Of a stretch of 20,000 bases of DNA, positions 16,997 through 20,000 are shown piece after piece. Position numbers and translations under genes: made by a program. The stretch lies in the sequence record SRR20825006_1517; one strand, written 5' to 3'. The notes under the pieces were generated by a model. That model worked only from the letters and a program-made list of their open reading frames with translations, searched no databases and had not been told where the DNA came from. How positions within the stretch are numbered: position 1 is the first letter of the stretch; each line of letters opens with the position of its first letter.

Positions 16997-17923
16997 ATGG
17001 GCAAATTACTGATCGTGGGAACCATGGCTTTTGATGCCATTGAAACACCGTTCGGGAAAACTGGAAGAATATTGGGGGGCGCCGGGACCTTTATCGGTCT
17101 GGCAGCGTCACAGTTTAGAATAGACTCCGCAATAGTATCCGTAGTGGGAGATGATTTTCCACAATCTTACATGGATATCTTAAAAAACAAGAACATAGAC
17201 CTTTCGGGTGTTGAAGTTGTAAAAGGGGGCAAAACCTTCTTTTGGGAAGGAAAGTACCATAACGACCTCAATTCCAGGGATACTTTAGCCACCGAGCTAA
17301 ACACTTTGGCAGATTTTAACCCCGTTGTCCCAAAGGATTATACCGATGCCGATATCGTAATGCTCGGTAACCTTCATCCTAATATCCAACTGAGTGTAAT
17401 TAATCAGATGGAAAAACGACCAAAGCTTATAGTTTTGGATACCATGAACTTTTGGATGGACAATACCTGGGATGAATTGATGACGGTGATTTCAAAAATC
17501 GATGTCATTACCATAAATGATGAAGAAGCCCGTCAGATGACCAACGAATATTCCTTGGTCAAGGCCGCCGCAAAGATTCAGCAAATGGGCCCCAAATATG
17601 TGGTCATAAAAAAAGGAGAGCACGGCGCACTTTTGTTCCATAAGGACAATATTTTCTTTGCGCCTGCACTTCCACTGGAAGAAGTATTTGACCCTACCGG
17701 TGCCGGAGACACCTTTGCAGGTGGCTTTACCGGGTATTTGACCGAGTCGGAAAACATTTCTTTTGAAAGCATGAAAAATGCCATTATCCATGGGTCCAAC
17801 CTGGCATCGTTCTGTGTGGAAAAATTTGGCACGGACCGGATGGTCGATTTAAAAAAGAGTGAGGTCGAGGCCCGCTTGTTACAATTTAGAGAGTTGACGC
17901 AGTTCAATATAGAATTAACATAA
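16997..17923 (+). CDS. PfkB/ribokinase-family carbohydrate or nucleoside kinase
   Basis: LGGAG, VVGDDF, INDEEA, KKGEHGA, DPTGAGDTFAGG. Confidence 0.92.
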   Translation: MGKLLIVGTMAFDAIETPFGKTGRILGGAGTFIGLAASQFRIDSAIVSVVGDDFPQSYMDILKNKNIDLSGVEVVKGGKTFFWEGKYHNDLNSRDTLATELNTLADFNPVVPKDYTDADIVMLGNLHPNIQLSVINQMEKRPKLIVLDTMNFWMDNTWDELMTVISKIDVITINDEEARQMTNEYSLVKAAAKIQQMGPKYVVIKKGEHGALLFHKDNIFFAPALPLEEVFDPTGAGDTFAGGFTGYLTESENISFESMKNAIIHGSNLASFCVEKFGTDRMVDLKKSEVEARLLQFRELTQFNIELT

Positions 17924-17928
17924 TGTTT

Positions 17929-17957
17929 GCCCTGAAAGTTTCGGGGCTTTTTTATTT
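17929..17957 (+). terminator. Intrinsic terminator after the PfkB gene
   Basis: GCCCUGAA-agu-UUCGGGGC followed by UUUUUUAUUU. Confidence 0.8.
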
Positions 17958-17965
17958 GTATTGTT

Positions 17966-19864
17966 ATGAGTGATCCCATTAAGCACGAATGCGGAATATC
18001 GTTGATCCGTTTGCTTAAACCCCTGGAGTACTACAAAGAAAAGTACGGTACGGCTTTTTACGGCGTAAACAAGATGTACCTAATGATGGAGAAGCAGCAC
18101 AACCGAGGACAAGATGGTGCCGGTTTTGCAAGTATAAAAATGGACATGCTGCCCGGTGAGCGCTACATGAGCCGTGTAAGGTCGGCAGAACAGCAACCCA
18201 TTCAGGATATTTTCGCCCAGATCAACAACCGTATCAATACGGCATTGACCGAAAACCCGGAACGCGAGAACGATGTTGACTGGCAAAAAAAGAACATACC
18301 TTATATTGGCGAACTTTTAATGGGGCATGTTCGCTATGGCACCTTCGGAAAAAACAGTATTGAGAGCGTACATCCATTTTTGAGACAGAACAACTGGATG
18401 CACCGTAACCTTATTGTTGCCGGTAACTTTAACATGACGAATGTTGATGAGCTCTTCAGCAACTTGGTGGAACTGGGACAGCACCCCAAGGAAAAGGCCG
18501 ACACCGTTACCGTAATGGAAAAAATCGGTCACTTTTTGGATGATGCCGTAGCCAAGCTTTACAAGCAGATCAAAAAAGAAGGATATACGAAAAGGGAAGC
18601 CTCCGCATTGATCGCCGAGCGCTTGAACGTGGCCAAAATTTTGAGAAAAGCTTCAAAAAATTGGGACGGTGGATACGCTATGAGTGGATTGATCGGACAC
18701 GGAGATGCATTTGTGATGCGTGATCCTGCTGGTATTCGGCCCGCTTATTACTATCAAGATGATGAAGTAGTGGTCGTAGCGTCGGAGCGTCCGGTAATCC
18801 AGACCGTTTTCAATGTTAATTTTGATGATGTACACGAACTGGACCCCGGACATGCCGTAATCGTGAAGAAGAGCGGTTCCATGGCCTTAAAGAAAATCTT
18901 GGAGCCGACCGAACGCAAAGCTTGTTCTTTTGAGCGCATTTATTTCTCACGAGGCAGTGACAAGGAAATCTATCAGGAAAGAAAAAAACTGGGGAAACTT
19001 GTGTTCCCCGAAATATTGAAGTCCATTGACAACGATTTGGAGAACACCGTTTTCTCCTATATCCCCAACACAGCGGAGACATCGTTCTTTGGAATGGTGA
19101 AAGAGGCCCAGAATTACCTCAACAAGAAAAAAGAGGAACAAATTTTGGCATTGGGCTCCAAGATGACGGCCGAAGAGCTTCATAACATATTGAATATTCG
19201 TCCGCGTATTGAAAAAGTGGCCATAAAAGATGCCAAACTGCGAACTTTTATCACCCAAGACAGTAGTAGGGATGATTTGGTGACCCACGTTTATGATATT
19301 TCGTATGGCTCCGTAAAGCCAACGGACAATCTGGTGATCATTGATGATAGTATTGTTCGCGGAACTACACTAAAGCGAAGCATTCTAAAAATACTGGACA
19401 GGTTATCTCCCAAGAAAATAGTTGTGGTCTCCTCTGCTCCACAAATTCGATATCCGGACTGTTACGGGATCGATATGGCCCGATTGGAGGATTTTGTAGC
19501 GTTTAGGGCAGCGCTTGCGCTCCATGAAGAGCACGGCACTTCGCATAAAATAAAGGAGATTTATGAAAAGTGTCTCACACAGACCAATCCTTCCAATAAA
19601 AATGCGGTGAACTATGTGCAGGAGTTTTATGCCCCGTTCAGCGCTAAACAGATTTCACGTAAAATTGGCGAAATCTTAAGTCCGGAAGGCATCAATGCAG
19701 AAGTTGAGATCATATATCAAACTATTGAAGGTCTCCACAGTGCCTGCCCCAAAAATCTAGGGGATTGGTATTTCACTGGAAACTATCCAACACCAGGCGG
19801 CAACAGGGTGGTAAACAAAGCATTCGTCAACTTTTTTGAGGGTAAAAAGGAAAGAGCATATTAG
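17966..19864 (+). CDS. purF: Amidophosphoribosyltransferase (long Bacteroidota type)
   Basis: Propeptide then HE|CG (Ntn nucleophile Cys), HNRGQDGAG, GHVRYGT, RDPAGIRP, CSFERIYF, PRPP loop IIDDSIVRGTT, YGID, FTGNYP. Confidence 0.93.
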   Translation: MSDPIKHECGISLIRLLKPLEYYKEKYGTAFYGVNKMYLMMEKQHNRGQDGAGFASIKMDMLPGERYMSRVRSAEQQPIQDIFAQINNRINTALTENPERENDVDWQKKNIPYIGELLMGHVRYGTFGKNSIESVHPFLRQNNWMHRNLIVAGNFNMTNVDELFSNLVELGQHPKEKADTVTVMEKIGHFLDDAVAKLYKQIKKEGYTKREASALIAERLNVAKILRKASKNWDGGYAMSGLIGHGDAFVMRDPAGIRPAYYYQDDEVVVVASERPVIQTVFNVNFDDVHELDPGHAVIVKKSGSMALKKILEPTERKACSFERIYFSRGSDKEIYQERKKLGKLVFPEILKSIDNDLENTVFSYIPNTAETSFFGMVKEAQNYLNKKKEEQILALGSKMTAEELHNILNIRPRIEKVAIKDAKLRTFITQDSSRDDLVTHVYDISYGSVKPTDNLVIIDDSIVRGTTLKRSILKILDRLSPKKIVVVSSAPQIRYPDCYGIDMARLEDFVAFRAALALHEEHGTSHKIKEIYEKCLTQTNPSNKNAVNYVQEFYAPFSAKQISRKIGEILSPEGINAEVEIIYQTIEGLHSACPKNLGDWYFTGNYPTPGGNRVVNKAFVNFFEGKKERAY

Positions 19865-20000
19865 GACTTAACAAGATAAAAGAGCACATTACCGTGCACT
19901 TTATCGATGAAACTAGCAGAATAGCGGGTTTTTATACGATCAGCTGTCCGCAATCCTACTTTAGTATCTGCCATAGCATAAGTAGGTTAAGTTCATGGTA

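Noticed and set aside
19875..19905. Hairpin after purF as a terminator
   Set aside because: Imperfect stem (bulge and mismatch) with no proper U-tract; too weak to call.
1..20000. CRISPR array, IS element, prophage, tRNA/rRNA, defence system
   Set aside because: No periodic repeats, transposase, integrase or phage ORFs, or RNA-gene signatures; nearly all sequence is explained by recognisable genes.

Overview
Gene-dense chromosomal window from a Bacteroidota bacterium, most likely Flavobacteriaceae (TAnnTTTG-type promoters, A-rich start regions without Shine-Dalgarno sequences, IPExxxVDY-pyk and acpP-fabF-rnc gene order). In order: 5'-truncated PLP aminotransferase, AEC-like permease, signal-peptide-bearing M20 amidohydrolase, YhhN lysoplasmalogenase, CYTH protein, dinB split by a single-base frameshift, M16 zinc peptidase, a redox-type accessory block (TetR, AhpD/CMD protein, an uncalled 52-aa small ORF, AraC), pyk, IPExxxVDY protein, rnc, fabF, acpP, purN, rnhA, PfkB kinase and purF. 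No mobile element, CRISPR array, tRNA or rRNA is evident. The best leads are the AraC / small Cys-His peptide / AhpD module with candidate operators, the dinB frameshift and its 27-bp divergent promoter, a LacI-type operator upstream of the pyk operon, and a possible sRNA at the right edge.
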